A stretch of 64,000 nucleotides of DNA from contig DHGX01000001.1 in the NCBI GenBank assembly GCA_002402995.1, forward strand, positions 85,625 to 149,624, in the 5' to 3' direction. The notes under the pieces are model-generated. The model did not search any database and was not told the DNA's origin. It saw only the letters and a program-made list of their open reading frames with translations. The DNA is from Patescibacteria group bacterium UBA4787. Its GTDB lineage: Bacteria; Patescibacteriota; Patescibacteriia; UBA2591; UBA4787. The stretch's first letter is position 1. Every line of letters starts with the position of its first letter. This document shows positions 9,870 through 17,769 of this stretch, piece by piece. The position numbers were made by a program, and so were the translations under genes.

Positions 9870-10602
9870 GTTGACTTGGCGATTAATGGATGAGCTAATC
9901 GCTCAATTCCTGAAATTGCCGAGCGCGATAGGACAGAGCGACTTTAAACTGGAAGAGTATTTACAGCAATCCCATCTTCACGGTACCACCGTCCTCGCTC
10001 TGAAATATCAGGGTGGAGTGCTGTTAGGTGGAGACGGTCGGGCTTCCGGCATGGATTTCCGTATTTTTACGGACAAAACTCCGAAGGTTTATCCGGTTTC
10101 CGAGTCGACTGCTTACGGTCTTTCTGGGGACGCTCATCTGGGTATTGAGGTGGGAAAGATCTTGGCTTTGACGCTTAAGAATTACGAGAAGAAAGAGTTT
10201 CGAGCCATGAGTTTTGTCGCTCAAACCAAGATGTTGGCTAAAATGATCGAGCGTTTACTGCCAATGGCTATGCAGGGCCGTATCGTGATGCCGATTTTCG
10301 TGTCATGTCAGGAAATCTGCACGATTTATCCGAATGGCATGGTGGTAAGGGGAGATGAAGGTTATGGTGGAATTGGTTCGGGTAGTCCTCACGCCATTCA
10401 TCGCATCAAGGCTCGTTTGGCTGATAACCCCAATCCAGATAAAACCAGGGCGATAGAAATTATACTCGAAGCTTTTGCGGAAGCTCATAAGAGTGATGCC
10501 GCAACCGGCTCTAATTTGCTGATTTATAGTCTGGAAGAGTCGGGAATCGCTATCGTTCGCAACGATGTCGGAAACGGACCGTTTTCGATGAACCTGTTGT
10601 AA
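9853..10602 (+). CDS. prcB: 20S proteasome beta subunit with propeptide
   Basis: Autocleavage site HG|TTVLAL, GDGRAS (Asp17), Lys33 in TPKVY, GIGSGS, SDAATG. Confidence 0.9.
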   Translation: MLTRLELTWRLMDELIAQFLKLPSAIGQSDFKLEEYLQQSHLHGTTVLALKYQGGVLLGGDGRASGMDFRIFTDKTPKVYPVSESTAYGLSGDAHLGIEVGKILALTLKNYEKKEFRAMSFVAQTKMLAKMIERLLPMAMQGRIVMPIFVSCQEICTIYPNGMVVRGDEGYGGIGSGSPHAIHRIKARLADNPNPDKTRAIEIILEAFAEAHKSDAATGSNLLIYSLEESGIAIVRNDVGNGPFSMNLL

Positions 10603-10617
10603 TCGTGAGGTGAAATA

Positions 10618-11322
10618 ATGGCTGATAAATTGGATCTCATTGCCAACGACAAAGATAATGCCTTGCCGGTTATCGCAGTCAGCACCAAAGACGGCATACT
10701 TCTTGTCGCAATTAATTTTTCCATTAGTCCGGAGGATTCCGATACCTACATCCACAAACTTTCAGAGATCCATGACAATATCGGCATGGGCGCTTGTGGC
10801 AATAGCAGCGAGTATGATCCGCTGCGCAGGCAGTTTATCGACGTCGTTGATAGGCTTGCCTACGAGTTGTCCAAGGACGATATTGTCTTGAAGAGTCTGG
10901 CCAATAGTTTGGCCGGAGAGTTGCGCGATGTATATCGCAATCCCCGTCTGGTTCCTCGTGTGGTCTTCTTCGTCTTGGTGGAATGTCAGGAAGATTCGAA
11001 GCGGGATCGTTTCGTCCGGATCGGTCTCGACGGCAAGTTCAAGATCTTTAATAATTTCACGGTGATCGGCGGCAACGACAAAGAGGTTGGCGCTCTAATG
11101 GATAACCTCAGGTCCGTCGAATTTTTGGAGATGGACTGGCCGACCGCTTTAACCGCGATCAAGGAAGCGATAAAGAAAACCAACATCGCCCGGATCGCTG
11201 GCGCAAAGAAATCGGACAAGACCGTCGAACCGTTCCCATCCCTGGAGCTGGCAATTCTCTGGCGTGGAAGAACTGGCAGAAAATGGCAGCTTTTGCCGCA
11301 TCAAATTAAGGAGGTGAAATAA
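10618..11322 (+). CDS. prcA: 20S proteasome alpha subunit, divergent with short N-terminus
   Basis: VIAVSTKDGILLVA, HKLSEIHDNIGMGACG..SEYDPLR, LELAILWR; directly after prcB. Confidence 0.82.
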   Translation: MADKLDLIANDKDNALPVIAVSTKDGILLVAINFSISPEDSDTYIHKLSEIHDNIGMGACGNSSEYDPLRRQFIDVVDRLAYELSKDDIVLKSLANSLAGELRDVYRNPRLVPRVVFFVLVECQEDSKRDRFVRIGLDGKFKIFNNFTVIGGNDKEVGALMDNLRSVEFLEMDWPTALTAIKEAIKKTNIARIAGAKKSDKTVEPFPSLELAILWRGRTGRKWQLLPHQIKEVK

Positions 11323-11323
11323 A

Positions 11324-11527
11324 ATGCTTAAAAAGCAGTTTCTATTCTTAACCCCAGACGAGCAAGAAAAAAAGGAGACTGAAAAACATCCTCTGGGGCC
11401 CAAGCCCGGCGGACCTGGCTCCGGTAAGAAGGCAGACAAAAATGATGATAACATCGATGACATCCTTGATGACATCATCGAACGGAATAAGCGGGTTAAT
11501 GAAACTGACGAGCGAGAGGGTCAGTAA
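11324..11527 (+). CDS. Prokaryotic ubiquitin-like modifier (Pup/UBact-like), 67 aa, C-terminus REGQ
   Basis: Strong SD AAGGAGGTG; small, acidic, disorder-prone; IDDILDDI helix; terminal G-Q; lies between prcA and pafA. Confidence 0.85.
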   Translation: MLKKQFLFLTPDEQEKKETEKHPLGPKPGGPGSGKKADKNDDNIDDILDDIIERNKRVNETDEREGQ

Positions 11528-11532
11528 TATTT

Positions 11533-11568
11533 AATCCCCGCACTTTAAAATAGTGCGGGGATTTTTTT
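11533..11568 (+). terminator. Intrinsic terminator after dop-prcB-prcA-modifier
   Basis: AATCCCCGCACT-loop-AGTGCGGGGATT followed by a T run. Confidence 0.85.
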
Positions 11569-11672
11569 ATAATCGCAATGAGCGAGGCAGCAGAAATTTT
11601 ATTTTTAGATTGCCGGACAGGTCAGATTATATATTGAAGAGAGGCATAGTTCTCCTCTTCTTCTATTTTAAT

Positions 11673-11747
11673 TTGACAAATCATCAAAAAAAGATAAGAT
11701 TTATATAAGAAAAATAATAATGTTGTTCCTTAAAATTATTCAAGGAG
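11673..11747 (+). promoter_or_regulatory. Promoter, boxA-like motif and SD upstream of pafA copy 1
   Basis: TTGACA 11673-11678, TAAGAT 11695-11700 (16-bp spacer), GTTCCTTAAAA 11725-11735, AAGGAG 11742-11747. Confidence 0.6.
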
Positions 11748-11755
11748 AGAATAAA

Positions 11756-13285
11756 ATGAAGAAGAGAATTATTGGGATAGAGAATGAATATCGGATTCAG
11801 GCTCTGCCCGGATTCGATAAAAGCAGATACAAGGTTTATTTTCGGGGATTGAAAATAAGCTTGAATCAGTTTCTATCCAACGGAGCGAGGTTTTATTTGG
11901 ATTTTCCGAGCGAACTGCCGGAGTATTGCACGCCGGAAGTTACGACCATCCGTGAAGTTCTGGCGCATGAACGCGCCGGAGATTATATTGTCTGGGAGAG
12001 CCTGAAAGACATGATGGAAATTTTTAGGCGGAATACCAGTCAGCCAGGTCTCTTTTACAAATATCTGGCAAGTGGTTGTCATGAGAACTATCTTTTTTAT
12101 CTTGATGAAGCTATCAAGTCAACTGCGAATATCTACCCGCAGATGAGCGGCCACATCTTGGCAAGATTGGTGGCTTTTTTGGGGCCCTTCTTGGTCTCTC
12201 GACAGATTTTTTGCGGCGCTGGTTGGTGGTTAACAAATGAAGATGGGCGAAGTTATTTTAATATTTCGCAGCGCGCCCATTTTATGAAGCGTGATTACGG
12301 CGGAGACACGATGCAGAATAGGGCGATTATCAATTCTCGGAATGAATCATTGTGTTCGTCGAGCAATTATTCTCGTCTTCATCTCATTGTTGGCGACTCC
12401 AATATGAGCGATCTCTCTGGTTTTCTCAAGCTCGGCACCACGTCTATCGTTTTAAGGATGATCGAAGCAGGCTTCTTTGATCCACAAGACATTGTTCTAG
12501 TTGATCCGGTTGCGGCTATCGCTGTCATTTCCGATGATTTGAGCTGTAAGGCGACTGTCCAGGCCGGCGGTTTGCATCGTTCGCTTTCAGCCATTGACAT
12601 CCAAGAGTGGTATCTTAATAAAGCTCGTGAATTTTTTGAATGTCGAGAAGTATCCGAAGAGGAGAAGGAGGTTATAAAATATTGGCAGGAAGTTTTGGAC
12701 AAACTGCGCCGAGACCCCATGCTTCTCAAAGAGGAGATCGACTGGGTGATCAAATATAATTTGATTTGCCGTTATGCTGAAAAACACGGTGTTGATCTCG
12801 ATCATTGTTCGGACGAGGAGAGTGAAGCGCTGAGAGTCATTGACACTCATTATCATTCTCTAAATCCGGAGAGAGGTTTGTACCACAAGCTTCTCGGCGC
12901 TGGGAAGATCGCCAAGCTTATTAGTGATAAAGAGGTGGCTTTGGCAATAAAATCTCCACCGACTGATACGCGAGCCAAAGTCCGTGGTGACTTCATTTCT
13001 TTCATCCTGAAAAATCATGCGGATTTGGTTAGGTATTTCATCGTCAATTGGGACGCTATTCGTTATAATTATCGTGCTAATGGATTTTCTAGGCTGATCC
13101 ACGAATTTCAACCTAATCAAGACGATGAATCGGTGAAAGCCTGTGTTTTCAATCTCGGCGATCCGTTTCTTTCAACAGAAACTTGCAACAACTTCCAAGT
13201 ATTGGTTGAAGAGATTGAGTCTCACCAAGAATTTTTCAAATCTATGATACCAACTCCGTCTCCTGACCATCGCGATTATGAATAG
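11756..13285 (+). CDS. pafA: Pup--protein ligase PafA-like, copy 1 (start moved to the SD-preceded ATG at 11756)
   Basis: KRIIGIENEY, FLSNGARFYLD, GCHENY, FLVSRQIFCGAG, ISQRA, RLHLIVGDSNMS, LKLGTT, EIDWVIK, PPTDTRAKVRG; no Dop loop. Confidence 0.85.
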   Translation: MKKRIIGIENEYRIQALPGFDKSRYKVYFRGLKISLNQFLSNGARFYLDFPSELPEYCTPEVTTIREVLAHERAGDYIVWESLKDMMEIFRRNTSQPGLFYKYLASGCHENYLFYLDEAIKSTANIYPQMSGHILARLVAFLGPFLVSRQIFCGAGWWLTNEDGRSYFNISQRAHFMKRDYGGDTMQNRAIINSRNESLCSSSNYSRLHLIVGDSNMSDLSGFLKLGTTSIVLRMIEAGFFDPQDIVLVDPVAAIAVISDDLSCKATVQAGGLHRSLSAIDIQEWYLNKAREFFECREVSEEEKEVIKYWQEVLDKLRRDPMLLKEEIDWVIKYNLICRYAEKHGVDLDHCSDEESEALRVIDTHYHSLNPERGLYHKLLGAGKIAKLISDKEVALAIKSPPTDTRAKVRGDFISFILKNHADLVRYFIVNWDAIRYNYRANGFSRLIHEFQPNQDDESVKACVFNLGDPFLSTETCNNFQVLVEEIESHQEFFKSMIPTPSPDHRDYE

Positions 13286-13325
13286 TCCCGTTCTGGCTGA
13301 TTGAAATCCCCATTTTATTTTTATT

Positions 13326-13353
13326 AACGCTCCTAAATAATTAGGAGCGTTTT
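13326..13353 (+). terminator. Intrinsic terminator after pafA copy 1
   Basis: AACGCTCCTA-AATAAT-TAGGAGCGTT followed by T. Confidence 0.8.
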
Positions 13354-13357
13354 AAAT

Positions 13358-13416
13358 TTGACAAATTATCAAAAAACGCTAAGCTTTAAATAATAAAATT
13401 AAAATCGTTCTTTACA
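13358..13416 (+). promoter_or_regulatory. Promoter and boxA-like motif upstream of pafA copy 2, near-duplicate of the copy 1 promoter
   Basis: TTGACAAATTATCAAAAAACGCTAAGCT versus TTGACAAATCATCAAAAAAAGATAAGAT; GTTCTTTACA 13407-13416. Confidence 0.6.
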
Positions 13417-13430
13417 AAGAAGGGAATAAA

Positions 13431-14900
13431 ATGCAAAAACGCATTTATGGTTTGGAGACTGAGTATAGGTGGTGGAGTTCCTTGCCGGAGAAAAACCCCG
13501 ATAATCCGAGTCAGGTTTTTTCCGGATATCATTTGAATACTATAGTCAATTACTATCCGGGTAATTATTCTGGCTTTTTGCCAAACGGCGCTAGGTTTTA
13601 TGTGGACATGGTTCGGTTTCCAGAGTTCTCAACTCCGGAATGTGCGAGTGTTAGAGATGCCGTGATTTGGGATAAGGCAGGGGAAAAAATAGTTTTCGAT
13701 TGTTTGGGCGGCGCTGTTGTCATCCGAAAAAGAAATTTAGGCAGCAACGGAAAAGTACAGGGTTGCCACGAGAATTATTTGATCGATCGCCAGGTCTTAT
13801 TGAAAGATCGCGACATCTCTCTCGGTCATGTCCATTTGGTCGAACGAGACTTTAATTATTTGGCCGATCGTCTAATTCCTTTTTTGGTGACGCGCCAGGT
13901 TTTCTGCGGCACCGGCGCCATTATGGAGTTCCCACAAATTCAGATAGGGGAAAATCCTTCAACTCAGTGTTTATATCGCTATGTCATTTCACAGCGAGCT
14001 TTCAGAATCGAGCATTTAATCCACGCCGAGACTACTAATAATCGGCCGATCATTAACATGCGCAATGAGCCTCTGTGCGGTGGCGACGAGAGATATTTCC
14101 GCCTGCATCTGATTCTGGGTGATTCTAATCTTTCAGAGTTTTCGACTTTCTTGAAATTGGGTACTACTGGCATAATCTTGCGGATGATTGAGGCTGATTT
14201 TTTAGACACAACCAGTATTGCTCTGCTTGATCCATTAGCAGCTCTTCGGCAAGTCGCGATAGATCCGACTTGCAAAAAAAGGCTAGACTTGGTTGATCAA
14301 CGTCAGTTTTCAGCTATCGACATTCAACAGTGGTATCTCGACAAAGCCAATAAGTTCTTCCAGCGCAACGAAGCTTCAGAAGAGGAAAAAGAAGTGATTG
14401 AGCGTTGGCAAGAAACGTTGGACAAACTGCGCCGAGACCCCATGCTTCTCAAAGAGGAGATCGACTGGGTGATCAAGCTCAACGCTTTGATAAGATATTG
14501 CGAATCTCGCAATTTATCTTTTGACAGCGAAGAAGCAAGGCGTCTTGACGTGGCTTATCATGATCTTGATCCGGATAATTCTCTCTACTTAAAACTTCTT
14601 AAACGTGGTCGCGTCAAGAGGTTAGTTGCCGAGGAAGAGATCGAGAACGCCATTGTTAATCCGCCCGATACGCGCGCCAAAATTAGAGGTTCTGTTATAC
14701 TGGCAATCAACGATTATATTAATCGTTCGTCTATTGGCCGTGATCGCGGCATCTTAATAAACTGGGATTTGGTTTCTGTGTATGCTTCTACGATTCCTCC
14801 TACCACTACTTCTGATAAGATAATAACACTAAGCGATCCTTTCGCGGTGGAAAATTCGGAAATCCAGGCTCTAGTCAACCAATTAAATGCTACACTTTAA
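13431..14900 (+). CDS. pafA: Pup--protein ligase PafA-like, copy 2
   Basis: MQKRIYGLETEY, FLPNGARFYVD, PEFSTPEC, QGCHENY, FLVTRQVFCGTG, TTNNRPIIN, RLHLILGDSN, PPDTRAKIRG. Confidence 0.85.
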   Translation: MQKRIYGLETEYRWWSSLPEKNPDNPSQVFSGYHLNTIVNYYPGNYSGFLPNGARFYVDMVRFPEFSTPECASVRDAVIWDKAGEKIVFDCLGGAVVIRKRNLGSNGKVQGCHENYLIDRQVLLKDRDISLGHVHLVERDFNYLADRLIPFLVTRQVFCGTGAIMEFPQIQIGENPSTQCLYRYVISQRAFRIEHLIHAETTNNRPIINMRNEPLCGGDERYFRLHLILGDSNLSEFSTFLKLGTTGIILRMIEADFLDTTSIALLDPLAALRQVAIDPTCKKRLDLVDQRQFSAIDIQQWYLDKANKFFQRNEASEEEKEVIERWQETLDKLRRDPMLLKEEIDWVIKLNALIRYCESRNLSFDSEEARRLDVAYHDLDPDNSLYLKLLKRGRVKRLVAEEEIENAIVNPPDTRAKIRGSVILAINDYINRSSIGRDRGILINWDLVSVYASTIPPTTTSDKIITLSDPFAVENSEIQALVNQLNATL

Positions 14901-14929
14901 CCCCTACTATAAAACAGTAGGGGTTTTTA
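14899..14929 (+). terminator. Intrinsic terminator ending the proteasome locus
   Basis: AACCCCTACT-loop-AGTAGGGGTT followed by a T run. Confidence 0.8.
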
Positions 14930-15041
14930 TTTTAATTATCCCCACTTACAACTTGATTTTTTCGCCATTTTATATTATAATGTATTTAACGTGACTAATT
15001 AGTGATGATTAGTCATTTTTAATTTTCTAAATTTTTGAGAT

Positions 15042-16415
15042 ATGGAAATGTCAATTATTGAGGCGATTGAGCAAATTTGCTTAGAGAAAAGTCTTTCCAA
15101 AGAAAAAGTTTTAGAAGCAATTGAACAGGCTTTAGCTGCTGCTTATCGCAAAGACTTTGGAGAAAAAAACCAAAATATAAAAGTTGAGTTCAATCCGGTG
15201 AACGGAGCGATGAAAATCTTCGACATAAAAACGGTTGTCGAAGATTCTTTATTGGAAGAATTTCAGAAAGAGATGGAAGAAGGCGAATCTGAAGAAGCGC
15301 CCAGTTCGGAAATTGCATCTGAAGGAGAAAAAGAGAAGAAGCGTTTTAATCCTAGAACAGACATCGCCTTAACTGAAGCGCGCAGAATTAAAAAAAGCAT
15401 GAAACAGGGAGATGAAATAAAAATAGAGCTGTCTTTACCTGAGGATTTCGGACGCGTGGCTGCGCAAACCGCCAAGCAAGTTATTATTCAGAGATTGCGA
15501 GAAGCCGAGCGGCAGAATATTTTTGACACATTTAAAGATCAGGAAGGTAAGGTTCTTAACGGGGTTATCCAGCGTCGAGAAAACAATAATTTATTTGTCG
15601 TTGACTTGAACGGTACGGCAGCGGTTTTGCCTCCGTCTGAACAGGTGCGCGAAGAGAAATATTATCCTGGGCAGAAATTAAGATTTTATATCGCAACGGT
15701 AAATATGACGCCACGCGGTCCGGAGATTATAACATCTCGTCGACACAGCGAAATCGTGAAAGAACTTTTCCGTTTGGAAATACCGGAAATTAACAGTGGC
15801 GTCGTAGAGATAAAAGGCATCGCCCGCGAGGCTGGTTTACGTAGTAAGGTGGCAGTTATTAGCAATGACGAAAATATTGACCCGATTGGTTCTTGTATTG
15901 GGCAAAAAGGCGTTCGCATTCAAACAATTATTAACGAATTAAACGGCGAAAAAATAGATATTATCGAATACTCGGAAGACGCAGCTAAATTTATCGGCAA
16001 TGCTCTATCTCCGGCCAAGGTTACCTCGGTTGTTTTAAATGAACAAGAAAAAAAGACTATTGTTTCTGTTAAAGAAAATCAATTTTCTTTAGCTATCGGT
16101 CGTGATGGCCAGAATGTCCGCTTGGCAGCCCGTTTAACTGGTTGGGCTATTGAAGTTGTTAAAGATGGCGAAACGTTTGGCGAAGGCGTAAGCGCCAATC
16201 AAGAAGGAGAATTACAGGGTGGAGAAACCGGCGAACCGATAACAGAAATTGAAGCTGAACAACTCGGTGAAGAGGAAAAAACCAAAGAAGAATCTGTTCC
16301 GGAATTAGTCGAAGAATTAAAAGAAGAAATGTCTTCAGAAACGATAGGCGGAGAAATAGTGGCCGGCGCTGGCGAAGAGGTTGTTGAAGAAACCCCCGGA
16401 AAATTAGAAGAATAA
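15042..16415 (+). CDS. nusA: Transcription termination/antitermination factor NusA with acidic C-terminal tail
   Basis: FGRVAAQTAKQVIIQRLREAER, IAREAGLRSKVAV, DPIGSCIGQKG, LAIGRDGQNVRLAARLTGW. Confidence 0.97.
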   Translation: MEMSIIEAIEQICLEKSLSKEKVLEAIEQALAAAYRKDFGEKNQNIKVEFNPVNGAMKIFDIKTVVEDSLLEEFQKEMEEGESEEAPSSEIASEGEKEKKRFNPRTDIALTEARRIKKSMKQGDEIKIELSLPEDFGRVAAQTAKQVIIQRLREAERQNIFDTFKDQEGKVLNGVIQRRENNNLFVVDLNGTAAVLPPSEQVREEKYYPGQKLRFYIATVNMTPRGPEIITSRRHSEIVKELFRLEIPEINSGVVEIKGIAREAGLRSKVAVISNDENIDPIGSCIGQKGVRIQTIINELNGEKIDIIEYSEDAAKFIGNALSPAKVTSVVLNEQEKKTIVSVKENQFSLAIGRDGQNVRLAARLTGWAIEVVKDGETFGEGVSANQEGELQGGETGEPITEIEAEQLGEEEKTKEESVPELVEELKEEMSSETIGGEIVAGAGEEVVEETPGKLEE

Positions 16416-16542
16416 TCGTTTTTTATTTATAGACATATTTAAAAGCCGAAAATAATATCTCGGTTTTTTAATATAATTAGTTGGAATTGATTTTTTTCTC
16501 AAAAATACTAAGATTAGAACAATAATACAATAAAATAAATAT

Positions 16543-17769
16543 ATGCCTCAGGAAAAGAAAATAGAAAAATTTTCCAAAGACAATGAAGCTTTAATTAAGC
16601 TAGAAGTTTTTGATCCCGTCGTAGAATTGCAGAATATCAAAAAATTGTCCAAGGATGAACGACTAAAAGTTTTTCAAGAATACAAAGAAAAACTCATCGA
16701 GCAAAAAGAAAATTTAGCCAAAACGCAAGAAGCGCTTACGGCTTTAGTTCGATTCAATCCGGACAGGCCGCTGGAGGAATTGATAGAAAAAGCGCAACAA
16801 TTGGGCGACAAATTCGGTTTTTCTGAAGAACAAATGGAAACGATTAAATCAAATTTAAGACAATATTCTAAAAGACATAGTTTGGTCAAAGAGTTAAGAC
16901 AAAAATTTCCCAAAGACAACGAATTATTCAAGGCTTTATTTGGCCGTGAACCAAAAGGACGAATTGAAGTAATCGCCGGGCCGATAACTTTATATTTCCG
17001 TTGCCATGACATTAATGATTACGCCTATCTTTATATATATGGCTTTCTTAGAAAAGAAGAACCAACCATTGAACAAATAAATTTAGTTCAAAAAACCGGT
17101 GGTGCTAAATTAACTTTTGTTATCGGGATAAAAGATGAAATTAAGCAGCAACTTGCTTCTACAGATTTAATTGGCATTGAAAATGCTTCGATAAGACACG
17201 AATTTACTGATAAACAGAAAGGAATATTAGCTCACGAAGAGCAACACGCCATAAATTCTTTATTGTTCCCGTCAGAATATAATACTTATTATGTTTATTT
17301 GGATCTATTGGAAGCAAAAACCAAAACAGAGAAAGAGCTGGCGCTTAAAAGATATTTTAGGTTTTTGCGGGAAACCTACGACACTAGAGCCAAAAGCGAG
17401 ATTGTTGCTTATTTTAAAGAGGGCCGTCCCGTGGACCACGTATATGATTCATTAATTCGTCCGATTGAGGACGATGGTTTTTATGACTATTTTCCAAAAA
17501 ATCAACAAAAAGAATTAGTAGAACAAATTTTTAAAGGTTCGGTGGAACAAACCCCGGAGCTGAAACAAATGATCAATGATATGGTCCAAGAAATTTTCGC
17601 GAGAGAATATCACCAGACTATTAAAAGTGGTCTTAATGCTTTTGCGTCTTTACGCGATATGGGATATTCTTTGGAACAAACTATCGCTTTGTTCCAACAA
17701 GAGCCATTAACTAAGTGGCCCAAATTAGCTAAACGATTTATGGATCAATATGGTGGACAAAATAAATAA
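16543..17769 (+). CDS. Hypothetical protein with HEExH motif, paralog of the next gene
   Basis: LAHEEQHAI; shares FDPVxEL, PxGxIE..xGPITL and EPLxKWPK with 17750-18955. Confidence 0.75.
   Translation: MPQEKKIEKFSKDNEALIKLEVFDPVVELQNIKKLSKDERLKVFQEYKEKLIEQKENLAKTQEALTALVRFNPDRPLEELIEKAQQLGDKFGFSEEQMETIKSNLRQYSKRHSLVKELRQKFPKDNELFKALFGREPKGRIEVIAGPITLYFRCHDINDYAYLYIYGFLRKEEPTIEQINLVQKTGGAKLTFVIGIKDEIKQQLASTDLIGIENASIRHEFTDKQKGILAHEEQHAINSLLFPSEYNTYYVYLDLLEAKTKTEKELALKRYFRFLRETYDTRAKSEIVAYFKEGRPVDHVYDSLIRPIEDDGFYDYFPKNQQKELVEQIFKGSVEQTPELKQMINDMVQEIFAREYHQTIKSGLNAFASLRDMGYSLEQTIALFQQEPLTKWPKLAKRFMDQYGGQNK

Noticed and set aside
11578-11637. Mini-ORF MSEAAEILFLDCRTGQIIY containing a UBact-like RTGQ
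   Set aside because: Only 19 aa, no SD, lies after a terminator, and RTGQ is not terminal; likely chance.
11720-11755. Upstream ATG for pafA copy 1
   Set aside because: ATG 11756 has an SD and matches the family N-terminus (MxxRIxG); the extension overlaps the leader motifs.
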